Notes under the pieces: model-generated
The model's database searches: none
What the model was told of the DNA's origin: nothing
What the model saw: only the letters and a program-made list of their open reading frames with translations
Made by a program: the position numbers and the translations under genes
Virus record (IMG/VR): IMGVR_UViG_2868569063_000004
Location: 32,001 to 96,000 of that record
Strand: one strand, 5' to 3'
Length of the DNA stretch: 64,000 nucleotides
DNA from: a virus
Lineage: Duplodnaviria > Caudoviricetes
Shown: piece after piece, positions 40,089 to 49,215 of the stretch
Numbering within the stretch: position 1 is the first letter of the stretch
Layout of the letters: the number at the start of each line of letters is the position of its first letter

Positions 40089-40868
40089 ATGTCAAACAAA
40101 ACTTTTAAAATTACAATCACAGGAAAGAATGAGAAAGAGTTATTTGCACCAAAACAGGTTGTCAATGTACAGCGGTTTGGTGAAGATGTACAGTTAGAAT
40201 ACGACAGACAGCACTATTTACAGTTGTCTGATAAATATTCTAAAGCTGTTGCATCAAGAACAAAAGCCCTTGAAAAGGGTGAAGTATCTAAGGCTAAAAA
40301 AGCTGACCTTGACGCTAAAGTTGAGTCTGCTAAAGAAGCACTTGACACTTTCAAATCAGAGCTTGTTGAAAGATATTCAGAGGACAGTTTCTGCCCTAAG
40401 CCTACTAGCAATCGCATTGCTTCCGTCTATGTATGGGCTTACTTCCAGACAGGCGGTACATTCACACTGACAGGCTTTCATTCACTCTATGTCAATGCTA
40501 AAGACTATCAGGCTACTTACAATGACGTTGAGTCATTCGACGCTGATAGACAGCGTGATTTCAAATATGTGAAAGAACTCTGTAAAGACATCATGTCACC
40601 AGTATTCAATACTGCCAATGACGGTACAGATGATTCCATGTATAAAAACTTCACATTAGGTGCTACACCAGCATGGGTTGCTAACAACTTGTGTGCATTC
40701 ATCTGGGGTAAATTACAGGCAGACTCTAAGGGCTTAAAGCGTAACTATGGTAAAGAAGTCGAAGCATCCAGACAGCTGATTCTGTCTTATCTTGAATACT
40801 TAGGTATTCCAGTAGATGACGCTATCAAAGTATCAGCAGAGGAATCTATGGAGACTCGTATGGCTTAA
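40089..40868 (+). CDS. Hypothetical early protein
   Basis: SD AGGAGG; start MSNKTF. Confidence 0.8.
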   Translation: MSNKTFKITITGKNEKELFAPKQVVNVQRFGEDVQLEYDRQHYLQLSDKYSKAVASRTKALEKGEVSKAKKADLDAKVESAKEALDTFKSELVERYSEDSFCPKPTSNRIASVYVWAYFQTGGTFTLTGFHSLYVNAKDYQATYNDVESFDADRQRDFKYVKELCKDIMSPVFNTANDGTDDSMYKNFTLGATPAWVANNLCAFIWGKLQADSKGLKRNYGKEVEASRQLILSYLEYLGIPVDDAIKVSAEESMETRMA

Positions 40869-40938
40869 TCGTACTGATATGCTCTGCCTATGACTTCGGT
40901 CGTAGGTAGTCATATCAATATGATAGGAGGAATTAACT

Positions 40939-41523
40939 ATGAAACCATGTTCACAGGTCAGAGGTTTTGGCACTAACTTTCACAACTATGTGTTACCTCT
41001 TTACAGCCTTTTTGGTAATGTCAATGGCACACTTTACGTGTGTATTAGACCACATTACAGAGTGTCACGGCTCAAAGTCTGGAATGGCTACAGATGGGTA
41101 GACACCACTACTAAAGACCATCCAGATATTAGACATTTCATTATAGCTTTCATGAACTCTGCTGATTTTATCAGTGAAGAACCTGTAAAATGTCGTAGAG
41201 ATACTAGAGCTATAGCTTCCATGCTTCCACGTGAGAAGAAGCATCCACAACCTATGTATGGCTCAAAAAGCGGCTGTTACTCACAGGCACGAGTTGACGG
41301 TCAGGGCTATAACATCTCATGGGAAGAAGATTCCAAACCTGTATTCGGTCATGGTTTACCTGTCAAGTATTCCGAAGGTCACAGATTACCGCCGGTGGGC
41401 TTTAATAGCTTCGAAGGTTACACCGACACGCCAGAAGCACGTCGTAGAGATGGCATGAAGATTAAACAGATTAAGTGCAGACCGGGCAAGGTCTATGTTG
41501 TTGAAACACAAGCAAAAAAATAA
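40939..41523 (+). CDS. Hypothetical protein
   Basis: 194 aa; SD AGGAGG. Confidence 0.7.
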   Translation: MKPCSQVRGFGTNFHNYVLPLYSLFGNVNGTLYVCIRPHYRVSRLKVWNGYRWVDTTTKDHPDIRHFIIAFMNSADFISEEPVKCRRDTRAIASMLPREKKHPQPMYGSKSGCYSQARVDGQGYNISWEEDSKPVFGHGLPVKYSEGHRLPPVGFNSFEGYTDTPEARRRDGMKIKQIKCRPGKVYVVETQAKK

Positions 41524-41561
41524 TATGAGTTATGCCACTCTAAAAGGCAGGAGGAAAAATT

Positions 41562-42137
41562 ATGACAAAGACTATCTACACAAGAATCATCAACAAGAAA
41601 ACCACATCTGTAGAGCTGAAATCTGTTTTAGGCAGAGAACTCTACATCTGTAACAATGGAAACTGGACAGATGTTCTCAACGAATTTTCTTTCAGCTACA
41701 CACCAGAACAGTTCTGCCAGTATATTGCCAACTATGAAGCATGGGCGGAACTCAACAATGTCTATGTAGAAATTACAGAAGGCAAGGCAGAATTTAGGCA
41801 ATCAATTAATGAAGCCAAAGACCTTCTGAAAGACTGGCTTGAGAATAATGAGCTTGATGATTTTAAATCATTGTATTCTGGTCTTTCAGCAAGGCAGAAG
41901 GAAGCTGTCGTTCTTGTTCTTAGGTACAGTGAAATCTTTGAGTACGCATATGCGAACTTAATGTGTCCATCAACAAGCGAACTCTCTCTTCTCTGGAAAG
42001 CTTCTGTAAAGAAACAGAAGCACAAAGCAAATCTGCTGATCACAGTGATAGGAGATAACTACGAGTATACTATCAACCTGTTCACAGGCGAAGTAGTAGA
42101 TTATGTGGACATGGACATCATAGAAGGAAATTTTTAG
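41562..42137 (+). CDS. Hypothetical protein
   Basis: 191 aa; SD AGGAGG. Confidence 0.75.
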   Translation: MTKTIYTRIINKKTTSVELKSVLGRELYICNNGNWTDVLNEFSFSYTPEQFCQYIANYEAWAELNNVYVEITEGKAEFRQSINEAKDLLKDWLENNELDDFKSLYSGLSARQKEAVVLVLRYSEIFEYAYANLMCPSTSELSLLWKASVKKQKHKANLLITVIGDNYEYTINLFTGEVVDYVDMDIIEGNF

Positions 42138-42149
42138 GAGGAAAATATC

Positions 42150-42569
42150 ATGATTAACTTAAAGAAAACAACAAAGGAACTGGAAGGAATCAACTTCGTA
42201 GCATTCAGCAACAACGTAGTAGTAGTGAACACAACTCCGCATCCTGTCACCATGCAGGATATGGACGGCACACTAATCACCGTGCCTACTTCTGTGCTGA
42301 TCAATGCCAAGGCAGAAGAGCGGAAAGTCTCTGATCTGTTTGTCCGGACAGAGTTCGTAGGAACAGAAGAAGGTAAAGAAACAATAGAGAGAATCAAGTC
42401 TGTTTATAACAGACAGTTCTCCAATGGAACCCTTGTGATTGTCGGTAGTATTATAGCTGCACAGGCATACCCTGGAGAAGTAGCAGCTATGACACCTGTA
42501 GAAGGATTTGAGCGTGTAGCACCAGACCAGAAGAGAATGCGTTGTGACAAGTTCACAACTTTCGCATAA
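42150..42569 (+). CDS. Hypothetical protein
   Basis: 139 aa; VNTTPHP motif; SD. Confidence 0.75.
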   Translation: MINLKKTTKELEGINFVAFSNNVVVVNTTPHPVTMQDMDGTLITVPTSVLINAKAEERKVSDLFVRTEFVGTEEGKETIERIKSVYNRQFSNGTLVIVGSIIAAQAYPGEVAAMTPVEGFERVAPDQKRMRCDKFTTFA

Positions 42570-42738
42570 GGAGGGAAATCATGCAGAATTATAAAACCAG
42601 AATCGCACAAGCAAAATCAAGTTTCGAACTTTCCTGTATCTGGGAAGAAGTTCGCAACGCATACTGGACTAAAAAGACAATCAGCAAGGAAATGTATGAG
42701 AAACGTTCTGCTGAAATTGCAGCTAGGAGGAAATCATT

Positions 42739-43143
42739 ATGAACAAAACAGATAAAATCAAACGGAAACTCATAAGGGAAGTAGTAATCCCTTCATTGAT
42801 AGGAGTGTTAATAGCACTCCTTTTTTTATTAGCTGTAGTAAAGCCTACAGGAGCTACAGAAGACAGTACCCGTCCAATGATAGGCACTGTATATTTTGTT
42901 TCAGGGAGAAGTATCTCAATAGTTTCTCCTGATAAGCGCACTTGGAGTTACAAAGGAAAAGGCTTCACAGTAGGTGACACAGTATCTTGTGTTGTGTCTA
43001 ATAATGGCACATCCAAAACAGTAGATGATTATATCAAATCGGCTGTTGTGAGCGAAGGACAACCAATAGAAATAGAAGCAGCTGAAGAAGGGGCTTTAGC
43101 CCACTTCGCAAGCGAAACATGGTATTTAGAAAGAAGGTATTAA
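42739..43143 (+). CDS. Membrane-anchored hypothetical protein
   Basis: N-terminal TM; GDTVSC..NNGT..VDD shared with 44754. Confidence 0.75.
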   Translation: MNKTDKIKRKLIREVVIPSLIGVLIALLFLLAVVKPTGATEDSTRPMIGTVYFVSGRSISIVSPDKRTWSYKGKGFTVGDTVSCVVSNNGTSKTVDDYIKSAVVSEGQPIEIEAAEEGALAHFASETWYLERRY

Positions 43144-43144
43144 T

Positions 43145-43609
43145 ATGAACTTAGAAGTATTATATAAACAGTTCTCTGGCAATGATTCATTCAAAACACC
43201 AGAGGACAGAAAGTCAGTGTATCTTGAGTCATTAGAGAAAATGTATCCAGGAATTCTTTGTTCCATTGGTCAGTGTATGGAAGTGAAATTAACAGGTGAA
43301 CCTTATGAAGATGAAGGATTCTACACAACAGAAATGAGAAAATCAGATTATCCATGGTGGATAGTGACTACTTCTGTCGGAGACGAAGGAGCAATAACTT
43401 TATTCTATCCAGGAGCAATGGAACGCTTGGCAATGGTACTAGGCGAAAGTTACTATGTAGGATGTGCTGGAGATGATCGAGCAATATTAATCGGTGAAAG
43501 TTTTATGTCTTTGGAAAGATTCCAAAATCTCTGTCAGAGAAAATATCAAGGCAAAGGATATTTTTACAATGCTGAAACAGGAATCTTTTCACTTGCACAA
43601 GGGAACTAG
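43145..43609 (+). CDS. Hypothetical protein
   Basis: 154 aa. Confidence 0.7.
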   Translation: MNLEVLYKQFSGNDSFKTPEDRKSVYLESLEKMYPGILCSIGQCMEVKLTGEPYEDEGFYTTEMRKSDYPWWIVTTSVGDEGAITLFYPGAMERLAMVLGESYYVGCAGDDRAILIGESFMSLERFQNLCQRKYQGKGYFYNAETGIFSLAQGN

Positions 43610-43642
43610 ATAATTTATAATCTCTGTAGGAGGTATAAACCT

Positions 43643-43861
43643 ATGCAGAGAATTATTAATCCAGCCTTAGCCAAGGCAAACATGAGCAAAACGGAACTTG
43701 GTGCTCGTTTGGGAGTAACTCAACAGAATATATCTAAAAGAATCCAGAGAGGCAAATTCACTCTTGATGAACTTCAAGAAATAGCTCGTTGTATGGGAGC
43801 AGAATTTAACTGTTCCTTTGATTTCCCAGATGGAACTAAAATAGGGACAAAAGGAGAGTGA
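43643..43861 (+). CDS. XRE-family HTH regulator
   Basis: MSKTELGARLGVTQQNISKR...FTLDELQEIA; has its own promoter. Confidence 0.85.
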   Translation: MQRIINPALAKANMSKTELGARLGVTQQNISKRIQRGKFTLDELQEIARCMGAEFNCSFDFPDGTKIGTKGE

Positions 43862-43864
43862 TAT

Positions 43865-44065
43865 ATGTATTACGTTAGTATATTACATAGAGTACCGTAT
43901 ACTACTGTAGAATACACAACGGAAACTTACTTTATAGATGAAGTAGCAGCGGACAATTGGATTGATAAAATTTTTATGCCGCATGAATTTCATCCAGACT
44001 TGTGTACTATAGTAGACAGAGGACCAGCCTCATGGTCTAAAATAGGAGTGCTTTGCGCAGACTAA
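43865..44065 (+). CDS. Hypothetical protein
   Basis: 66 aa followed by terminator. Confidence 0.65.
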   Translation: MYYVSILHRVPYTTVEYTTETYFIDEVAADNWIDKIFMPHEFHPDLCTIVDRGPASWSKIGVLCAD

Positions 44066-44091
44066 GACATCTCGAAAGAGGTGTCTTTTTT
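44065..44091 (+). terminator. Intrinsic terminator
   Basis: AAGACATCTC-gaaa-GAGGTGTCTT plus T-run. Confidence 0.8.
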
Positions 44092-44105
44092 ATTGGAGAA
44101 AAGAA

Positions 44106-44291
44106 ATGGCAGTATCAGAAGCTCAGAAGAGAGCAAGTAAAAAATATTTCGATAATAACTACAGACAAGTGAAACTGTCAATGCCTATTAAGGAAGCAGA
44201 AGCGCTTGAAGCATATTGCGAAGAACATGGATATTCCAAAGCAGGACTCATCCGGGCATTGATTAAAGAAAAATTGGAGGAATCACAATGA
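44106..44291 (+). CDS. Ribbon-helix-helix DNA-binding protein
   Basis: SEAQKRASKKY...VKLSMP...SKAGLIRALI. Confidence 0.75.
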   Translation: MAVSEAQKRASKKYFDNNYRQVKLSMPIKEAEALEAYCEEHGYSKAGLIRALIKEKLEESQ

Positions 44292-44521
44292 CATACAAAT
44301 ATACAACTGTCAGAATACAACGGAAAGAGGCTCTTTTGGGTTACACAGTACCTAAAGGAGCCTTATTTATTAGAGGCAATGGACTTCAGTTCATATGTAT
44401 TGAACGTCCAAAGGATCCTATGAATATTCCTGTGTTAATGTTTCAGAATGGAAACTGGCACAGAATTTCAGTGTCTGTTATGTATAGCTATCTTGCAAGA
44501 GAGATAGTGAATTTTATCTAA
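44288..44521 (+). CDS. Hypothetical protein
   Basis: ATGA-coupled, 77 aa. Confidence 0.65.
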   Translation: MTYKYTTVRIQRKEALLGYTVPKGALFIRGNGLQFICIERPKDPMNIPVLMFQNGNWHRISVSVMYSYLAREIVNFI

Positions 44522-44536
44522 AGGAGGAGTTCTGTT

Positions 44537-44737
44537 ATGAATAACGTATACACAATACAAGAGATTATGACTTTGAAATTCTGTGAGTTGTCCAATGTAG
44601 TGTATGAAGCTATTCTGGCAGAACTCACAAGGCAATACAAAGATATGATTGATAGACTGTTGCCTATCTTTGACAAGGCACCTGTATATCAGTTAGATCA
44701 ATATGTAGATATCTATAAATATATCGTAGTTATATAG
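44537..44737 (+). CDS. Hypothetical protein
   Basis: SD AAGGAGG, 66 aa. Confidence 0.65.
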   Translation: MNNVYTIQEIMTLKFCELSNVVYEAILAELTRQYKDMIDRLLPIFDKAPVYQLDQYVDIYKYIVVI

Positions 44738-44753
44738 AAAGGAAATAAAAATC

Positions 44754-45089
44754 ATGAAGAAATTATTAGTTTTAGCATTAGCAACTATGATGGTTTCAAC
44801 CCCAGTATCAGCGGCTCCAACAACAGATGGAGAATGCAAAGACCTGTACCCTCTAACAGGTATAGTAACTGAAGTCCAGGAAGTAGATAAAGACACGGAC
44901 CTCGTAACTATGACATGTGCCAATGGAAATCAGTTCTCTTGGTATGTAGACAGCACAGATGATTGGTGTATCAATGACCTTGCATCTTGCATCATGAACT
45001 CCAACGGAACTGATGAAGTCTATGACGATGAAATTGTAGACGCTCACTATGTTGGCACATTAGACCAGTTATCACAATATACTGCATAA
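44754..45089 (+). CDS. Secreted hypothetical protein
   Basis: Signal peptide MKKLLVLALATMMVSTPVSA; paralog of 42739. Confidence 0.75.
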   Translation: MKKLLVLALATMMVSTPVSAAPTTDGECKDLYPLTGIVTEVQEVDKDTDLVTMTCANGNQFSWYVDSTDDWCINDLASCIMNSNGTDEVYDDEIVDAHYVGTLDQLSQYTA

Positions 45090-45195
45090 GCAGTATATTT
45101 AAGCATCTTGAATTACTCAAAAAGGGTAGCATGAAATCTAGGGTTACCCGTTTTCCTCCAAGATGTTTAACTATGCTGCTTAGAAAGGAAACAAT

Positions 45196-45420
45196 ATGTT
45201 AAAGAAAGTAACCAGAAGAGAAGCACAAAAAGCACTTGTTGCAGGAAATCCTGTATATTTGCTTCCGAATAGAATGCAAGTGAATTCACCTTGGGCGCAT
45301 CCATTCAAAGTGAAGACCCCTATGTCAGAAGAGAAATTTAATCGTCTGATAATGAAATATGAACATGCTTGTTGCACTGTAGATACAGGAACCGGAAGTT
45401 TCTGTTATATAGATGCTTGA
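45196..45420 (+). CDS. Hypothetical protein
   Basis: 74 aa with SD. Confidence 0.65.
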   Translation: MLKKVTRREAQKALVAGNPVYLLPNRMQVNSPWAHPFKVKTPMSEEKFNRLIMKYEHACCTVDTGTGSFCYIDA

Positions 45421-45445
45421 CAAGGGAACAGATGTTTGCTATGAT
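45417..45445 (+). promoter_or_regulatory. Sigma-A promoter heading the first tagged-gene array
   Basis: TTGACA-17-TATGAT. Confidence 0.7.
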
Positions 45446-45462
45446 TCGATTAGGAGGTAAAC

Positions 45463-46117
45463 ATGAAAATAATTTATACAACATTAATAGGACTGGGCTA
45501 TGTGTCCAAAGAGTCAAATAATAAATATACTGTAGAATTTCTACATGGAAATTATATTTTTGACTTTCCTAAAAAAATAGTAGAACCATTATTGGTTCAT
45601 AATACTCTTTATGAAGCGATTTTGCACAGGAAAGGAGAATGGAAATGAGACATATTTATGTGAAAACACCAGATGGTTTAGGTAAATTAAATTTTTATGA
45701 TGGATCATTATGGCATTCTCACTACATAGTAGACCATTATAAACATGATTCAAAGTTTTACTCTGGATACTATGAAGGAAGATATATAACTAACGCATCC
45801 TGCTATGGCAAAGAACATATCAAGTTTCTCAGGAAGAGACCGCTGATTGATCTGATCACCAAGAGAAAGGAATGACTATGCAGAACATATATGTATATAA
45901 TCGTAAAGATAAAATAGGAAAGCTGATATGGTATAGGGGTATAGTCCCTTACCCTTATGTAGTCACTTATAGTCATTCCTACAATAGAATATTTTTATAT
46001 AGTGGCTCAGTTGATGGTAGAGCTGTTATAAACTGTATGGTTTATAGTAAAGATGAAATCAAGCTCTTACATAAGAAACCGTTGAGACATTTTATAGAAA
46101 AGAGGCAAGGCAAATGA
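45463..46117 (+). CDS. Three coupled small proteins (45463-45648, 45639-45875, 45872-46117) with the C-terminal tag
   Basis: Ends TLYEAILHRK, PLIDLITKRK, PLRHFIEKRQ. Confidence 0.7.
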
Positions 46118-46320
46118 TAGTATACAAAATAAATGTCCTGCAAGAGTTGAAGCACAAAGGATATTCAACTTATGTCTTGCGGAGAGATAGAATCATGGGA
46201 GAAGCTCAGATACAAAAGATTCGGCAGGGTGAACTTGCTAGTAAAGAAACTCTCAATACAATCTGTCGATTATTGCAGATACAGCCCGGAGACTTGCTTG
46301 AATATGTGGAGGAGATATAG
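46114..46320 (+). CDS. Cro/C1-type HTH protein
   Basis: TLNTICRLLQIQPGDLLEY. Confidence 0.85.
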   Translation: MIVYKINVLQELKHKGYSTYVLRRDRIMGEAQIQKIRQGELASKETLNTICRLLQIQPGDLLEYVEEI

Positions 46321-46787
46321 ATGTTAGGAGAATACATTAAAGACCCATTTTATGGGTTAGGCAAAGTTATAAAATTCAGACCTGGCAGTAGTGAACTTGT
46401 GTACTTTTTCAAAGCAAATGATAACCTACATGATGGTGCAATAGAGCCAGGTTCCTGTCCAGACAACCATGGTTGGTGGTTTGGTTCTGACGACATTAAA
46501 AGAATGAAGTACCTTCCTCCGCTAGCATCATTAATAGAGAGGAGGCAACAATGAAAATAGGTGATATAGTATGGCGAAGCAATTCTGGTATGGGAAGAAT
46601 AATAGATATTAGATCTTCCTCAGCGCCATATCTAGTTTATTTTTATAAAGAAAATAACCGTTTGTATAATGGCAACGATAGAGGCCCAGATTGTCGCTAT
46701 TGGTGGTGCTTCAGAAGTTCACTTACTCTTGTCCGTTCTCTGTCTTTGTGCAAGCTAATAGAAAGGAGAAGAAATGCAACATCCTAA
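46321..46787 (+). CDS. Two paralogous small beta-barrel-like proteins (46321-46554, 46551-46787)
   Basis: GxGxI..LVYF.K.N..L..G...WW; tags PLASLIERR and SLCKLIERR. Confidence 0.75.
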
Positions 46788-47022
46788 AGAATTAAATATA
46801 GGTGACATAGTTTATCATAAATATTACGGTATAGGACAGATAGAAGATATTGACAAAGATCTTGGAGAACCATTCCAATATTTAGTCTATTACTATAAAG
46901 AAAACATTTCATTACACAATGGAAATGGTGGCTCAGATTACCACTATTAGTGGAGCTATGCTGAAGACCTGAAACTTATTTCCTCTGTCCGTACATTAAT
47001 AGAAAGGAGGCAACATGGTTGA
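46774..47022 (+). pseudogene. Third paralog with an in-frame amber codon
   Basis: TAG at 46948-46950 where paralogs have Trp; frame continues to VRTLIERRQHG*. Confidence 0.75.
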
Positions 47023-47335
47023 TTTAAGGAAGAAGCTCCGGTCTGGAATGATAGCTGTCACACCAGCAGGAAGCTATCTTGTTCTTACCGATTGCGAGAC
47101 GGCGAATTATGGCAGTCAAGATTTTTGTATTATTGGACCTGATGGTTTTATGATAGGCAGTAATTACGATGAAAATTTGAGCACTATTCGTGGCATTTGC
47201 TCTATAAAAGCTCTATATAAGTCAACTGTAAATGGACTTACTTATGAAATGAAATACAAAGATAAAGATTTAATTTGGACAAAGGATCCAAAAAATCTTA
47301 AAGAATTAATCATATCAAGGAGGTTTTCAAAATGA
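47015..47335 (+). CDS. Hypothetical protein with C-terminal tag
   Basis: Ends NLKELIISRRFSK. Confidence 0.75.
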   Translation: MVDLRKKLRSGMIAVTPAGSYLVLTDCETANYGSQDFCIIGPDGFMIGSNYDENLSTIRGICSIKALYKSTVNGLTYEMKYKDKDLIWTKDPKNLKELIISRRFSK

Positions 47336-47565
47336 AGACAGCAAAGGAAAGACTCTACAGAGTTGATTATGCCGAGGAAAAACTCGGTGACACAGTAACT
47401 AAGGAGATGATGAATACCAGTGAGTATGAAAAAGGCTACGGAATCATTCAAGCCCTTGAATCATGCGAAACAGACGGAGAACTTGACATATTAGATGAAG
47501 TTCTGACTGCTTTATGTGGTCATGGTATTGAGTATCTCACCAACTTAGTAGAATGTGACTGCTAA
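47332..47565 (+). CDS. Hypothetical protein
   Basis: 77 aa, ATGA-coupled; terminator at 47582-47606. Confidence 0.7.
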   Translation: MKTAKERLYRVDYAEEKLGDTVTKEMMNTSEYEKGYGIIQALESCETDGELDILDEVLTALCGHGIEYLTNLVECDC

Positions 47566-47636
47566 ACTATGAAATAAAATTAGAGCTGTGAAAACAGCTC
47601 TTTTTTATTATATAAAAAAGAAAAGAGGAAAACAAA

Positions 47637-48479
47637 ATGGAAAACATCGTTTACAACACAGTTATGAGCAACTTATTAATCTCTGGTACAAAGGCATGTG
47701 CAGTAATTCCAAGGGAATTGATGTCTGTCGATCCAGCTTACCAGCGGCTGGAAACACGAAATCATAGAAAAATTAAAGCAATGCATGACAATTTTGATCA
47801 TATGATTATGGATGCATTATTAGTGGTGCCACATCCAGAAGAGTGCACTTTTTCTATTGTAGACGGTTATGGTCGTTTTATTGCATCAGAAGGTATTTTA
47901 GATAAACTCGAATGTGTTGTTATTACTTCAGCCCCATCTGATCCAGATGAGAGAAGACATTTCGAAGCAAGTATCTTTACAAGACAGAGCTTGTATACTG
48001 AAAAAGTTACTCCGCTGCAGATGCATAAGGCAAATCTTATCTTAGGTGAACCGAATGCTGTAGCGTTGCAGGAAGTGGTTGATGAATATAATTTAAGCAT
48101 TGCAGAAGACAAAGGGGTAAGAAAACCAGGAACTATTGGTAGTTACACATCCGCTTACAGGATAATTAAAGCAAAAGGTAAGATAGCTTATGAAAGTATT
48201 ATATCTACTTGTTGTAAAGCTGGTTATAACTTATCAGGAGATGGATTATGTGACAAGATAATTAGGAACTTATATAAAATTTATTGCTTCTACGGAGATA
48301 TTGGATTAGTAAAAGTATTGCCTATTATGAGAGGAACTGAGCCAAGTACACTTAAAGCAAAAGGAATAGCTGCTTATCCAGAAAGAGTTGAATTAAGTCT
48401 TGCTCTCTACCTGCAGGACTATCTTGTATCTCTTGGTGAACCAAAACAGTTTAACGAGAAAGGAAAGAAAATTTCTTAA
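47637..48479 (+). CDS. ParB/Srx-like N-terminal domain protein
   Basis: VDPAYQR...IVDGYGR motifs. Confidence 0.7.
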   Translation: MENIVYNTVMSNLLISGTKACAVIPRELMSVDPAYQRLETRNHRKIKAMHDNFDHMIMDALLVVPHPEECTFSIVDGYGRFIASEGILDKLECVVITSAPSDPDERRHFEASIFTRQSLYTEKVTPLQMHKANLILGEPNAVALQEVVDEYNLSIAEDKGVRKPGTIGSYTSAYRIIKAKGKIAYESIISTCCKAGYNLSGDGLCDKIIRNLYKIYCFYGDIGLVKVLPIMRGTEPSTLKAKGIAAYPERVELSLALYLQDYLVSLGEPKQFNEKGKKIS

Positions 48480-48497
48480 ACAAGTTTGTAAAAAGTA

Positions 48498-48526
48498 TTG
48501 ACAAGTTTTACAAACTGGTTTATAAT
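48498..48526 (+). promoter_or_regulatory. Consensus promoter with overlapping inverted repeat
   Basis: TTGACA-17-TATAAT; AGTTTGTAAAA and TTTTACAAACT flank the -35. Confidence 0.85.
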
Positions 48527-48555
48527 GCAGTTACAGTTAAGAAAGGAGAAAACAA

Positions 48556-49215
48556 ATGGCAACACTTATTAGTTTATATAAAGATAACAGAATCACTTCA
48601 TCAGAGGTAGAATCTAAGGACATTGATATTGTCCTTGGATTCCTCTTCAAAAACTATGTCTTAGGAGAAGACATCACAGAGAACTTTGACTCAAAGTTTC
48701 TCTACATTGAGGACAGCAAGTTTAAAATGAAACCTCTAAACAAGAAAATAAAAACATTTTCGCAAGAAAAAGAGGATTCTGTAGAGGTTCTGATTCAGTT
48801 TGAGGAGCTCGCTAAGAGCTACGAAGCAGCTTATATCTTTGACCAGTATGAGGTATTCAAGTTTGAAAACGGTGACTATAAAGATCTGGATGAGAGAGAT
48901 TATAAACTCTCCATTTGTAAGCACTGCGGAAAGATTATTTCCGGATCTTTAGTCAATGATTATTGTCCAGAATGCTTCGTAACCTATGGAGTACAGGAAG
49001 TGTTTGAACAGATCCAGTCAGACGACAAAGAGCTGTATACAGAGTACGAGACAGTATCAAAAGTAATGAATACTGTTGAAGCATTCTACGAAAAAATCAA
49101 AGACAAGGGAACTTTAGCTGTACAGAGAGCAAGAGAAATCTCTGAACAGTACTTAGGAAAAGAGCAGATTCCTGAGGATCTCTATGAAACAATTTTAGGA
49201 GGATTTGTAGCATGA
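48556..49215 (+). CDS. Hypothetical protein with zinc ribbon
   Basis: CKHCG...YCPEC. Confidence 0.75.
   Translation: MATLISLYKDNRITSSEVESKDIDIVLGFLFKNYVLGEDITENFDSKFLYIEDSKFKMKPLNKKIKTFSQEKEDSVEVLIQFEELAKSYEAAYIFDQYEVFKFENGDYKDLDERDYKLSICKHCGKIISGSLVNDYCPECFVTYGVQEVFEQIQSDDKELYTEYETVSKVMNTVEAFYEKIKDKGTLAVQRAREISEQYLGKEQIPEDLYETILGGFVA

Noticed and set aside
46948-46950. Genome-wide amber recoding
   Set aside because: Only one internal TAG seen; long genes are intact in code 11, several genes end in TAG, and there is no suppressor tRNA in the window.
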